From Branchiostoma belcheri (lineage: Eukaryota), in assembly GCF_001625305.1 (NCBI RefSeq), contig NW_017802379.1, forward strand, positions 4,341,479-4,405,478: a DNA stretch of 64,000 nt, written 5' to 3'. Positions 1 through 29,600 of this stretch are shown here, piece by piece. A program made the translations under genes and the position numbers. Numbering within the stretch: position 1 is the first letter of the stretch; the number at the start of each line of letters is the position of its first letter. Under the pieces are notes generated by a model. The model saw nothing but the letters and a program-made list of their open reading frames with translations, did no database searches and was not told where the DNA came from.

Positions 1-3000
1 TCTTATTTTGGAGGGAAGAGACGTGGCATGTAGTTAGAAAGGAAGTCACAGTGTTGTTTTTTCTTTTATCTCTGTCATGTCTGTGTCCTCTATCATTGCC
101 TCTTTGTCGCAACCTTCTAATCAAGTCGGGGCCGACATTATCATTAGGGCGGAGAATGACGACATTTGCCGAGCATGACGTCACCTGCAGACGATCTCCA
201 GATCACTGTTCTCCTCAGAAAATATCAAAGACAGATATTCCAAGGCGCTTCCCAAAGACCTTCCTATACCATACGTCCTTCGTAAGAAAATCAATGAATC
301 TGTTAAATTTGTGTTAGGAAACAAGAAGATGAATGGATTTTTAAAGTATTTCCATGCGGATCGGTTGTTAAAATGGAGACATGCGTAACACCGACTTTGA
401 TACATTATATGCTGGTAAACATACAGCACTTTACGTGTTTGGTTAACTGAATCTAAAACCACTTTTAGGAGATTCATAATCCGCAGTTCCTGTCTGATAC
501 GGGATAGCCAGTTCTGGTGCGTATATGGGGCATCAGTGACGAACGCGTTTTGAATTTAAGTCTCGCGTTTCAGGTAGCCAGCCCGGTAGCTCTTCAGTGT
601 TCCTTCCGTTGCGAAGAAACAATGAACAACACATCTTCTGTCACTAACTAACCTGCGTCTGCACTAATGTGTGTTTCTCTTTTAAAACTTCATTTCCTAT
701 GATGGCGCCACGCGATCAGACCTAACGTAAAGGAAGGTGGGCGCTGTGTTTCCTTTTCAGATCTAGACATTATGATAATCTGTTTAGATTGAGAATGTCG
801 CCTTATAATGTAATCTAATAACTAGAGGGCGACCGAAACGCGTCCCTATACCCCTCAGAATCAGTCAAGTAGTCAACGTATATTCATTGAGTAGTGTTGA
901 CGTCACGACTGTAGAGTAACGTGAATCTGCCATTTTCTAATTGAGGGGCATCTTATCTCCTTTTCAAGAGATCAAACCTAAAGATAGCTAAAATACTACA
1001 TCTAAACGTCATCAACAGCTTTTTCTTTATTTTCTTAGAGTTTCGCAACTACACGTAATTATATAACAGTGGGAGTTGAAATGGCAATTGGAATGCCCAC
1101 GTTGTTTGAAGCTCATGTGGTTCAAACAACCACATGACATACCTTCTTTTTCATATTCTTTACGATTGCCCATTTAGCCCCCCTCCCCACATTTTGACTC
1201 TAATAGAAGTCCAGTTATGCTCGACTAGCTCTTCCCAAACCACAGACATGACGGTACAGCCACTAAATTAACCACAAGCATTACCTCATCTTTTCAACAG
1301 GTGCACACAAAAACGGCCACTCCTCCAAACACAAAGCCACAAAAAGAAAAAAAAGCACGTCCTCGTTTCCTCATCTGAACATAATTGGGCTGTGCACTGC
1401 CCTCTAATTATTCATGTCATCGGACATGTCAAATCTTTAATCATGCGGATTAACTTTTCCTGTCAGAAACGCGGGGAGGGAGTAATTTTATTTCAGGCTT
1501 AATGAATCTAGTCTGAAAGAGTCGTAGCAGGAGGTTTTGCGTCAGCTTCCCTTCTAAAATCTCGCCCAATTACCGGTATCTTTTGGTATACAGAGTAGCT
1601 CTGTGATTTCTGGCTTGATGTGGTTCTTTTGGAGACTGTCAGGAGCCCCACAGTGATTGTTACAGGAGACTACGGGTCTGGGGTTTGTCCTGGGGACTTG
1701 GGAAAAAGTCGTCTGACGACAGAACGGGGTCGACCTGAGATAGCGGCGGCACAAACCCTGTGTTAGAACACATCGACCGTAAAATTGATAATCCAGAAGA
1801 ATTAAAAACTGCTCAATTTTTACGCAGCTGGGGACTGGACACTCAAAAAGAACTCTACTTGTACGTTTGGTAATTAAAAAGGGTCAGAGAATTATGTGAC
1901 TCTATCGGTGGACAGGTAACGTTATAGTTATACAATAATGTCGACATGTCATTGTTGGTTTTAATCATTATCGTCGTATCACCAGAAGAGCTAACCCTCT
2001 GGATTTTTGATGAGGATTGAGTTGAAGTTTATGATAGGATCTACGTAGCACTGGTGACAGAACCTTGCTAAATTTATATGCAGCACCGAGATCCCAAACA
2101 AAGCCACCGTCATTATGTCAGCTAGATTATAGGTGTACCTCCAGACAGGAGCCTTAAACTATGGCCTCCCCGCGGTGAGCCGAATTATGAGATTTGGAAA
2201 GGTTCTGTCTTCCTTTCTTTCGTGACGCCAAAATCTCCCCACCAGCCTAAATATTATCTATTGGTGGTCATCCCGTATTGTCGTCCGAAGAATACTGACG
2301 TAAATGTTGCCCCGGAATGAACCCCTGTTGTGAGAATCTTTTCCCGTCCACAAGTCGAGATTTTCTGTCGCTGCTTTGATCTTGTAGCTACAGTAAGGTT
2401 TGACATCCGCCATGTTTAAAAAATCTGACCGGGCCGGTCAAGGTCATGCAAAGAACATGCTTGAGATTCTAGGTCAGCAGTTTAACTGCCTAGACAGTGC
2501 AAAACAATTGCTGAAGACTTAAAATGTCACTTTGTAAGACCATATACGAAAACAAAACATCAAAGGAAAAAAGATCATTAAAATTGTTTGTCATCAGTAT
2601 TTGACAAGTCAATTTGTCAAGATTTTGCTCAGGAAACATTTATCGCAGATTTTAATTTGATTGTCCACACAAACCGAGAAAGACTTTGATGTCTTGCCCA
2701 CCATAATAACAATATTGTACGAGTTGTTTTTGACTGTGTGCAAATTAGCGGACAAACCGGTACTATTCACTTAACCTGTCACCCTACATACCGCCTGACT
2801 GGCGCGCGTTCTTTCATCCACTGCGACCTTCCACCTTGGAGTCACAGGTGTGTGAGGAAACCCTGCACACCTGTCCACCATCAATGTACCCACTGTGCCC
2901 CAGACCCTCCCCTCCCTCCTATGTACCCTCCGGGCTTCCCAACGAGAGTCTTAAAACTAATAACTCTACCCAAAAATTAAAAGGAGGATTGTCTCAAAGA

Positions 3001-3830
3001 TAATTAATCATCGCCTTTGTGTAGACGTTTCCTCAGTTTGACAGGTCGTGTAGAAGTAGTGTGGTTAGCCTTGAAATCAGGTCATTCGGTGGTTTTTATT
3101 TAGTTAGCCTCGAAATCAGACCACGGGGCATCAATGTGTATGTCCACAAATATCAGTGTAATATTCTAAACACCTTATATTTAGCGAAGTAAGATTGATT
3201 TGCTTCGGTATATATTATCATTTCATCACAGAGACATTGTTAATGAGAACGGAGGAACAAAAGAAAATCAAATAAAACAACATAAAATTAAATAATATAA
3301 AAAGGACGATCACAAATGAGTAACTAAACAGAAATAAAGGTAACAGATGATTTGGATACTCATCAAACTTCACAGTACACAACAGATAAACTTCTTTGTC
3401 CATTTTATATATCCTGGTACATCTAACATTTCTTTCTGCACATAATTGACGTTCACATTTCTTTATTTCATCTTACTTGACAAAACATCCACTTTTGCTA
3501 TGATCATGTTCTTTCCGTCATATTCTTTGTACGTCGCAAGATAGTGGAAATATTTGACAATCTCTATATCATTCAAAATACATTTATTCTATCTAAATTA
3601 CTAGTTTTATTGTTTTCACCCACACGGTACACTGAAATTGATACATATTTCCTGGTGTCAGACTTTTTTCCCGTCTTATCTTATTCTCTTCTTAATAGGT
3701 TACGCGATTTTGATGATTTGAATGGATGATTGAAATACTAAAATTAACGGACGAATTATGGACTACAGGAAGAATCAGAAAATCCCCCAGGACCATTTAG
3801 ACTGTTTCAGTGGTTTAACTCTGCTACACG

Positions 3831-21581
<17,751 letters not shown>

Positions 21582-22313
21582 AACTGGTGGACAAAATGGC
21601 ACAGCAGCTGAATGATGCACTACAGCAAGAGGTTCTTGAGGTAAAGAGGGGATGGATGGTCAACCTGTTGAAGAAATCCACGTTTTCATGGAGGTGTCAT
21701 GCACCGTCCAACCGGCCTGACAATCCTTGTGATGCAGAGACTGAGCACCTGGTGTAGCACCTGATGAGTGATCAGAGTTAACTTCAGGAATTCGCAAAGG
21801 TGAGGACAATCACGTATATACCTGCAGTGCGGGTATAAGACGCCAGGAGCCACCCAAAGACGGTCATCTATTTGGAATTTGAGCAGATCTCGACTTCAAA
21901 CGAGCGATCATTATGACAGGAAGTGGACATTAAAGAACATTTACTTGGCACATGATTACATCTGCTCCTTTGACCTTCGGGCGACATATGTCGTTGCCAC
22001 TCATTGTAGTAAAGTCATGTCTGTTCTTTGTCGACGACTACCTCGACGAAAAGTTTGTTCCAGAACGTGTCACCAAAATAAGTTGCACGGTATCATGTTT
22101 CAAGTAGTTTAGTTATTCTGGAATGAAGTTGCGTGAGTGCGAACAGTGGAAATATGTATTACACAGTAATGACAACTGTCCATTCCTACAAAAACGTATT
22201 GAACCGGCCTTTTATGACGTTGTATGAGTCATTCTGTGACGGAGGAAAACGTTTCTGACAGTGACAATGAAAACAAAATGAAAACACGCTAGTGCTCTAA
22301 TAGGATCTAAAAC

Positions 22314-22480
22314 ATGGGTTCCTTCCCGTCAAAGAGTAAAAAGAAAGAAGAGAAGCAAGGAAAGAATCAATCCCCGAAAAGTACGCCGGAAGAAGTTCGG
22401 CGCAAGGTACCCAGACGGACGGCCAGGAGAGCGTCGGCCGTGCCGGGGCTGGACACGATTCGGGACGATCCTGATGAAGA
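22314..22480 (+). CDS. Candidate alternative first exon of the same small gene (MGSFPSKSKKKEEK...)
   Basis: ATG at ~22314. It encodes MGSFPSKSKKKEEKQGKNQSPKSTPEEVRRKVPRRTARRASAVPGLDTIRDDPDEE, with a myristoylation consensus, a polybasic cluster and an RRAS site. It ends at GATGAAGA|GTAGGT, a strong donor at phase 2, which matches the phase needed by the shared exon at 25433. It could alternatively be a stand-alone 56-aa ORF (stop at 22482). Confidence 0.25.
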
Positions 22481-25078
22481 GTAGGTTTTTCACGTTCAGG
22501 CTGTTCCATGCATGTGGCCTATATGTGTGGCATTTGCATTTAGTTAGTGTTCCTAGTTCTACACCCATCCTCAGCGACACCAAGGGCCTTGGCTTGCATA
22601 AAAAAGCCCATGAACCCGTCTGGATCTTCTAACTTTTCAGCCTGTACATCGTAATTAGTGGGAGCCTGACAAAGGCTCCCAGGTCCCTTCCTCTCTGTTG
22701 GCTAATGCTATAGAACTAGCTGTAGCTAGGGCTGTTGTGTTTAAAAGCGTCCTCTAAATTCACAGCAGTCTTGTGCTTTGTTGCCCCACTTTTGAGCCAT
22801 AGTGTTGCGGGTTCGAACCCCATCCTAGCGTTAGTGTTCTGAGAACCGATTTGCAAGGTAAGGGTTAGAGATCCTTGGAGGGGCTAAGCCAGAGATACCT
22901 TGTTAAACACATCAAGAACTAACCTCATATCAAAATGCACGTTAGCATCGCACCAGACTAAGCAGAGTATAACCAAGCATACCGACATTGTCTCACAGAG
23001 ACGCCGGTAGCTGGGTCTTCGGCGGCGGCTCATCGGAGAGGGCGAACATTAACATCCCTGACGTCACGGAGGGGGCGGACGTCTCCGACTGGAGCAGATC
23101 ATCAGATCATAGCATCACACCGGACATTCCTACATCTAGATCATCAGAACAGGTCTAGGGAGGGAACCAGACAAAACTGTACCGTTCCAGTATGACAGAA
23201 CTGGATAGGAACTGTTAGTTTGTGTGCACCTATCTTATTTTCTTGCCCATGGTACACAGAATCCAAAACTGATGCGATTTATGGTTTAGACTATGTAAAG
23301 ATCCGTCAGCAAATATCAGAATGCTTTTTTAAACGGTACTATAATGCCACTGTCTATCTTCAATATTGGTCAGCTGAGCTGAGAAGGATACAACTTTTTA
23401 CATTTTTCGGTACGCGGTGGGAACATTTGTCTCGAGCCATTGTACACGTTGTGCCCCGTGCAATTATTAGACATCAATGAATCAGTGTATGTGAATATGA
23501 TGTAGTAGGAAGAGTTAAAAAGGAAACCTGAAAACGAACTGATTGAGTGTTAAACACCTTTCTTTTGTCGGCATCTTGTCGGCACATGGACGTCTTGAAG
23601 ACCAGTAAATGTCAGTCATCTACGCACATCCCAGTCTTGTGTTTTCGGGGGCCAAAGTCAGTTACTAGTATTTAGTTAGCGCATGTGTCTATGAACCAGT
23701 TGAAGTGACTTATTGGTGTATGGGGAATGAATTTCCGTACCTTCATATTCAACCGTCATTGTATGCAACAAAACATAACTTCCAATTGGAGCCTCACATA
23801 TGTCATTACCGGGCAGTTTACTCACCAATTCACGAAGCAGCGTTTGGCAGACATCGTCACAGAGGAGGCAGTAATGTGTAGGAATCAAACTTGATTCCAT
23901 CCTTCACTAGCCTCCCATTTCTTGCCCAGGTGGGGCACTGTCATGACTGGTCTCCGTCCACAATGGCATCAGTGTTCTAGCGTGCCATTGAACATAAAGA
24001 GACCCCTAATGGTTAGGGCAGGATTACATTCTTTCTAGTAGATAAAATCAATGAATGTACAATACATGTCCTTCGTTACTTCATATCAAGCACTTCAGAT
24101 ATACTAGTAAATGCGATGTCCTTGCATCAGGGGCCATTGCTACAGAAATACCACCGTCGAAAATCCATTTCAATTTGTCAATACAGATGGGCCTAATCTA
24201 AATGACAATATTGTACACATTGTACGGTTTGCACCTAGATTGTAGTCATGTCACCACTAATAGCTAGGTCAAATCGGTATCAGTTGAACTTGAATCTCAC
24301 GTTTTATCGTATACCAGTCCCACTGGCATTTCAACAGTGCGAGCCAGATGTAAAGTTAGTTTCAAGATAAAACCAATCGAGTCAGTGATCATATCTAAGC
24401 TCTAATGTAACTGTAGTCCTAACAATAACTAATACATGTGCAACGGACTAGCGAGGAAGACAAATTCAGTTCTTACCCAGACAACTTTGTCGATCATGGA
24501 GCTGGAAATGATCTACCCAACTTTTGTGTGGAGCATAAAATGGCACACTTACTTCTGTTCTCACTGAGAAAGTCCAAACGTCATAGAAGTGAAAATGGTA
24601 ACGTCATAAGATAAGATGACCACTAAATGCGGTGACCCTCCATTGACCGCAGATGACCCTCGTGTCCTCAACTGACCCCAAGAGCAACTGCCCTGCATGT
24701 TATCGTAGAACGCCACATCTAAATATAACGTTACGTTATGTTGTAGTAAACAAGTCCTTATTCTGTAAAATAACACTATGACAGTCACTATAATTTTTGC
24801 TGTAATGGGTTTTGCCAAGCACAACCATTCAGACATATCTCCAATGTGGTTGAATCTTCAACCATCTGAGATCACGAAGACTTTCAGCTTGAAATTTATT
24901 TTCGATTTCTACCAAACATACATCAACGTCACAAAGAAATATGACGAAACAGCGGAGCTATTCGCTTGACAGTGTAGCCTTGGTCAGAGCGCAACGCCCC
25001 CGAAGAAAAAGGGCGCCTCTCTTGAAGATTTAACATGGGCAGACTTGTCAACAAGCATCTTGCTGACACGTGATCAAA

Positions 25079-25658
25079 ATGGGATGTACGATCTCAAAAA
25101 AAGCCTCTTCTATCCACCTGCTAAAACGGGCGGAAACAATTTCATACGGCCCAACGATCACCGTGGAAGACGACGACGATTTCACTATCTCTCCCCAAGA
25201 AGAGCTACAGAGGATGAACAGGGCCCGAAGACGGTCTCGCAGACGGTCTTCCATCGCTCCAGGGGTGGCCGCAATCGCCGAAGAACAAGAAGAAGGGTGC
25301 GAAAAAGAACTCCTTTCTTGTTGTTTCCTACGCTTTTTATAATAAGCAATTCTGACAATTCTTGGCTTCATTTTAGTTTTTCTTCTCTAAAATGGAAACA
25401 AACTACCGGTACAATTTTTATTCCCCATGCAGATCAGCAAGTGACCATGCTTTTGGCGGGAAGGGCCTTGTGGCTGGCCCGTTCTCTTCACCACGAGGCT
25501 CCATCTCACTAGACCCCGGCACAGGACCGCTAGTAGGAGCTGTCACTCCGGACTCGCTGAGACCGGACTTGCTGAGACCGGACTTGCTGAGACCGAAAGG
25601 GCCTACCGAACTCCCAAGGCTCTCAGAAGACTCACTGGACGAGGACGAGAGCTGGTGA
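25079..25658 (+). CDS. Hypothetical small N-myristoylated acidic/disordered protein, two exons (25079-25296 and 25433-25658)
   Basis: Exon 1 begins MGCTISKKASS, which has an N-myristoylation consensus (G2, S6), Cys3 and a polybasic tail. The donor GG|GTGCGA at 25296 is phase 2, and the acceptor ccccatgcag|ATCAGC at 25432/25433 is phase-compatible. Exon 2 ends ...SEDSLDEDESW then TGA. The joined product is ~148 aa. I recognise no family. Confidence 0.35.
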
Positions 25659-26696
25659 AATGTTCAGGCCGTGGTTGGACAATGTTATTGCCACTGACTG
25701 TGATCATTTCTCATGGCAGAATTTATAGAGTATTATTATGACGTCACGATGAACATGTGATCAACAACTTCTGAGAACATATATCATAAAATTCATTTCA
25801 TAAAGTTGCTTAACTTCTGTGAAGTTTTTATTTTCACAATATACAAAAACAGAATTGTAATCAAATGATGAACCCGCACGAAAAGGATCTTAGATGACTG
25901 GCAAAAGTGAAGAAAATCAGACCCACAAAAAGTACAAAATGGTGTCACTACAGTGCAAAAGGTAACACTGCGGAGCAATATTGCACAAAGAAGCAAGACA
26001 ATGTAGCTTCTGAAACTATATCTGTAGCAGTACAGCAGTGTTCAATACATCTCTATACATGTCCTATAATTGTAATCTCAAGGTTTGCAATATAGAATCT
26101 ACTTCTTCATTTGTGGAGTTTTCATCATGTACAGGAAAACGTTACAACAGTACCAAGCCAAAGTCAATTTGTTTTTGCATCAAACCTACAATCTTCAGTT
26201 GCTAATTCTATACAACCACAACCACCAAATCATGATAGAATATCAACAACACAATATAAGCCAGAATGGTGCATATCTTTTGTTTTTCATATCTTTTTGT
26301 CCCACCACTTTCCACCATAGAAACAAGATCACAGTATCTTAAAAAAAATACACCCTTTACCCCATCTTCTTTGGTAACTCATTTGCCCAGCATTTGCATT
26401 GTATATGTTGATTACAAGTAGTGTAAGTAGCACTTTAAATCTACAGTTATATTCTCTCCCCTACCCCATTAGCAGGGATTGCAGCTATACTGGCAAGGAA
26501 GGTCCCTTTCTGTTTTTAACACTTGAAATAGAACAATTTATAGTAATTCTTTGTGAAAGTAGAATCTACTTCCATTCAAGGAGCTTACAGGGAAAAGGTC
26601 TCCCTTGGTCCATTCTATGCAGTTGTCATTACTCTCCAAGGAGCACTACAGGTCTTATAAAAGATGGACTATTCGAAGATGGTTGAATTGAGCTTC

Positions 26697-29600
26697 CTAG
26701 TCTTCTGAGGAACCAGAGTCGCGGCGCACACGTGCAGGTGGGCCACTGGCTGCCCCACCCATGGCCCCGATCAGACCCCCGGCAGTGTTGAAGAGGTTGA
26801 TGGGAGAAGAGCCATCTGTGATCAGGGTAGAGGTCAGACCCAGACCCTTCAGTAGTTTGACCTGTGGATGGGGAGATAACATCATTAGTGACATTGTAAA
26901 TAATCATAGCATGTGTTAAAGGCATCAGGTGGTTTTTGTGAAACAAAACAGGACAACACATAGAGAAATATAAGAAAAACCCTGACCTGTAGCTCGGGCC
27001 CAGCCAGGGCGATAGACTGGATAGTCTGAGCACCAATGGCATCCACCTGGTTCTTGAACTTCTGTGTCTCGATGTCGGCCATTTCCCTTAGCTTGGCCAC
27101 TTCCATGTCATTCTGCTCCCGCAAGTACTTTAGCTCAGCCTCACGTGCTGTGGTCAGGCGCTCAAGCTCAGATTCCTGTAGAATTAAGATGAGGTCAAGT
27201 TAAGTATATTCCCATGGCTGATATTTATTTTTGGACACAGGCATTTAAAAATCTATAGTCTTCTGAAAATGAGCAAATTCTAAATGACCATTGAAAAATA
27301 ATTTTTCATTCCGGCATGAGATGTCATACAGAAAATCAAGTTTATGAAGCCTAATACAACAAGTTTGGGGCCTTGCCCAGTACGATATATAGATATAGAA
27401 GGGAACCTACAGCTTCAATCTTGGAGGCCTGTGCCTTGAGCTTGGCCTGCTCCACCGCCGCCTCTCCTTCGATCCTGGCAGCCTCGGCGCGAGACTGGGC
27501 CTCTGCTTTGGCCTGGCCTGTACTTTCCACTGCAGCACTGAAGAAGGAAGGAACCATAATCAAATTCAGTGAAGTTAACAGTCAGGCATTCGTGGAAAGA
27601 CGAAATAAAATCTTACGAGTTAGTAGCACTTACTGTAGATGTTATATGAATGCAAGTTTGCACTTAGTGGATTCTTTGATGACCATAAATTGTATCATAA
27701 ATGATAGTAAAAAGTGCAATATTTCATTCCAATTGGAGAAAAAGTCTCCTGTCTCTTGTTGTGTAAGGAGATTTCTAACTCTACAGTAATAACTGTAATT
27801 TCAATAATCAACACTCAATCAAAAGAGAGAATAGTCCAAACCTCTTGGCCTGCAGTTCCAGCAGGTCTCGGCGTGAATTCTCTGCTTCCGCCTCATCCTG
27901 GATCTTCTGACGCTCCAGCCGACCTTTGGCTTCCTGTTCCACGCGCTCGGCCTCGTGCCTGGCCGCAGCCTCCTGGGAGTTGGTGGTGATCTCGATGGCG
28001 AGGGTGACGGACTTCTGCAGCGAGTCTCGCGTGCGCTGGTCCACCGGCTCCACGGACTGGATATCTACACTGGTAATCACCAGGTTGTTCTGGGGGAACT
28101 GGAAACTGTAACAAACAGAGGGAAATGGTTAGTGATTATCACCAGGATATTTAAGGGGAACCTGAAACTGCAACACATCTTTATACAACAACTATCCAAA
28201 ATAACCTCATAACTGTTGAAATGTGGAAAAGGTAAGGGAGGGTACTCACACATCGCGAACCTTGTTGTTCTCATCCAGACCAAATACCGATGCCCTGATG
28301 ATACGAGCAGAGTTCTGGAATGACAAAATAATTTATTGAGATTACAATCAAGATTGTGATGAAAATTGCAATGGGAAGATCAGAAGAGTGAATAACATGC
28401 CCCTGAAGGCTAGGACCTGCTTTACCATGTGTCTAAACTTAAAACACTGCTAATTAATACCTGCCTACTGCAAAGTCAAATGTATGCAACCATACAAATC
28501 TACAGTGCATCTCACCTTGTGGAAATCATCAAACTGAACACCGGCAACAGCCCCACGGACACGGGAGGCCACAGCCTTGCAGGCGTCGCCAACAAAGTCG
28601 GGAACACTGAAAATCTTCTTGCCATCCTTCTCCTTGTCCTTGACATCAAAGTGCCTGGTGGTCACAAAGATGAATGAAGGAAAAAATGATAGGTAATGAT
28701 ACAGAAATGTCAAGCAAACATAACTTTTGTAAATCCAAACAAAATATTACTGTTGATGGTAGAGAAGGCCCAAACTGCTCCTATCAAACAACAGGGTTGG
28801 GTGTGAGTTGGAAAGTTCCATTCTACAGACAGGAGAGACAGGACATGAACCACCTACCAGTTGTAGCTCATCTGCAGCTGCAGACGGGCATGGTCGGCCG
28901 TTTCTATGGTGATGATATCGGTGCAGAAGTCGGGCCCGAGGAGCAGGCACAGGGACTTGATGACGTTGGGTCGCTTGGGCTTCCCGCCGGACAGACTGAG
29001 CTGGGTGAACTGTTCATCAGGTCCCAGCAGCACCAGTTCAGGCCCAAACACAACCCTGAAATGTACGGTTAATATAGGTCATTGTTTGTAACCTAGAGAT
29101 TTAGCAATTCAACTTAAGGAATCAAGGAATATCAAACATCTGTGAACTGTTCCAACTGCAAAAGGAAAATTCTGCTTGACTGAATCAGAAATTCATATTT
29201 GCCATTTTGACATATTAGATATAATGCTTACATGTCTTTACTTGTAAGTTTGTACCAATATCCACTTGTGTTGAGACTTGTTTATTTGGTCTTGCTTCTT
29301 AATTCCACACTTTTCGAAAATAAAATCACGTAACCATCATACACACCTGGCTTTCTTCTCCTTGTAGTCGTAGATCTGGACAGCAGCGTTGTGAGGCACG
29401 CGGAAGGTCACGACCTTGGTTTTGTCCCGCGGCTGGTCCGAGCGGGGACGGGGCCCACGGTCACTTCGGTCCGCGAGTGGATCCTTAACGGACAAAATTC
29501 AGAACAGTTCAGGAATAGATTTCAGAGTATAGCTCTGTAACAGTGTAAGGAACCTTTTGAGTTTTATTCTTTGATTACAGAATGCCTAAGTCTACGTCTA

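Noticed and set aside
1-3800. Short ORFs (for example 51-317, 181-477, 2738-2980) at the left end
   Set aside because: They have no homology signal, are low-complexity or Pro-rich, and show no coherent splice pattern. They are probably intergenic or 3'-flank sequence of the protease gene, or belong to a gene that is mostly outside the window.
22790-22830. GGGTTCGAACCCC as a tRNA gene
   Set aside because: There are no acceptor or anticodon stems to complete a cloverleaf. It is kept only as a possible SINE or pol III remnant.
25048-25371. A minus-strand 107-aa ORF overlapping the small gene's exon 1b
   Set aside because: The plus-strand reading gives a textbook myristoylation start and phase-compatible splice sites. 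The minus ORF has neither.
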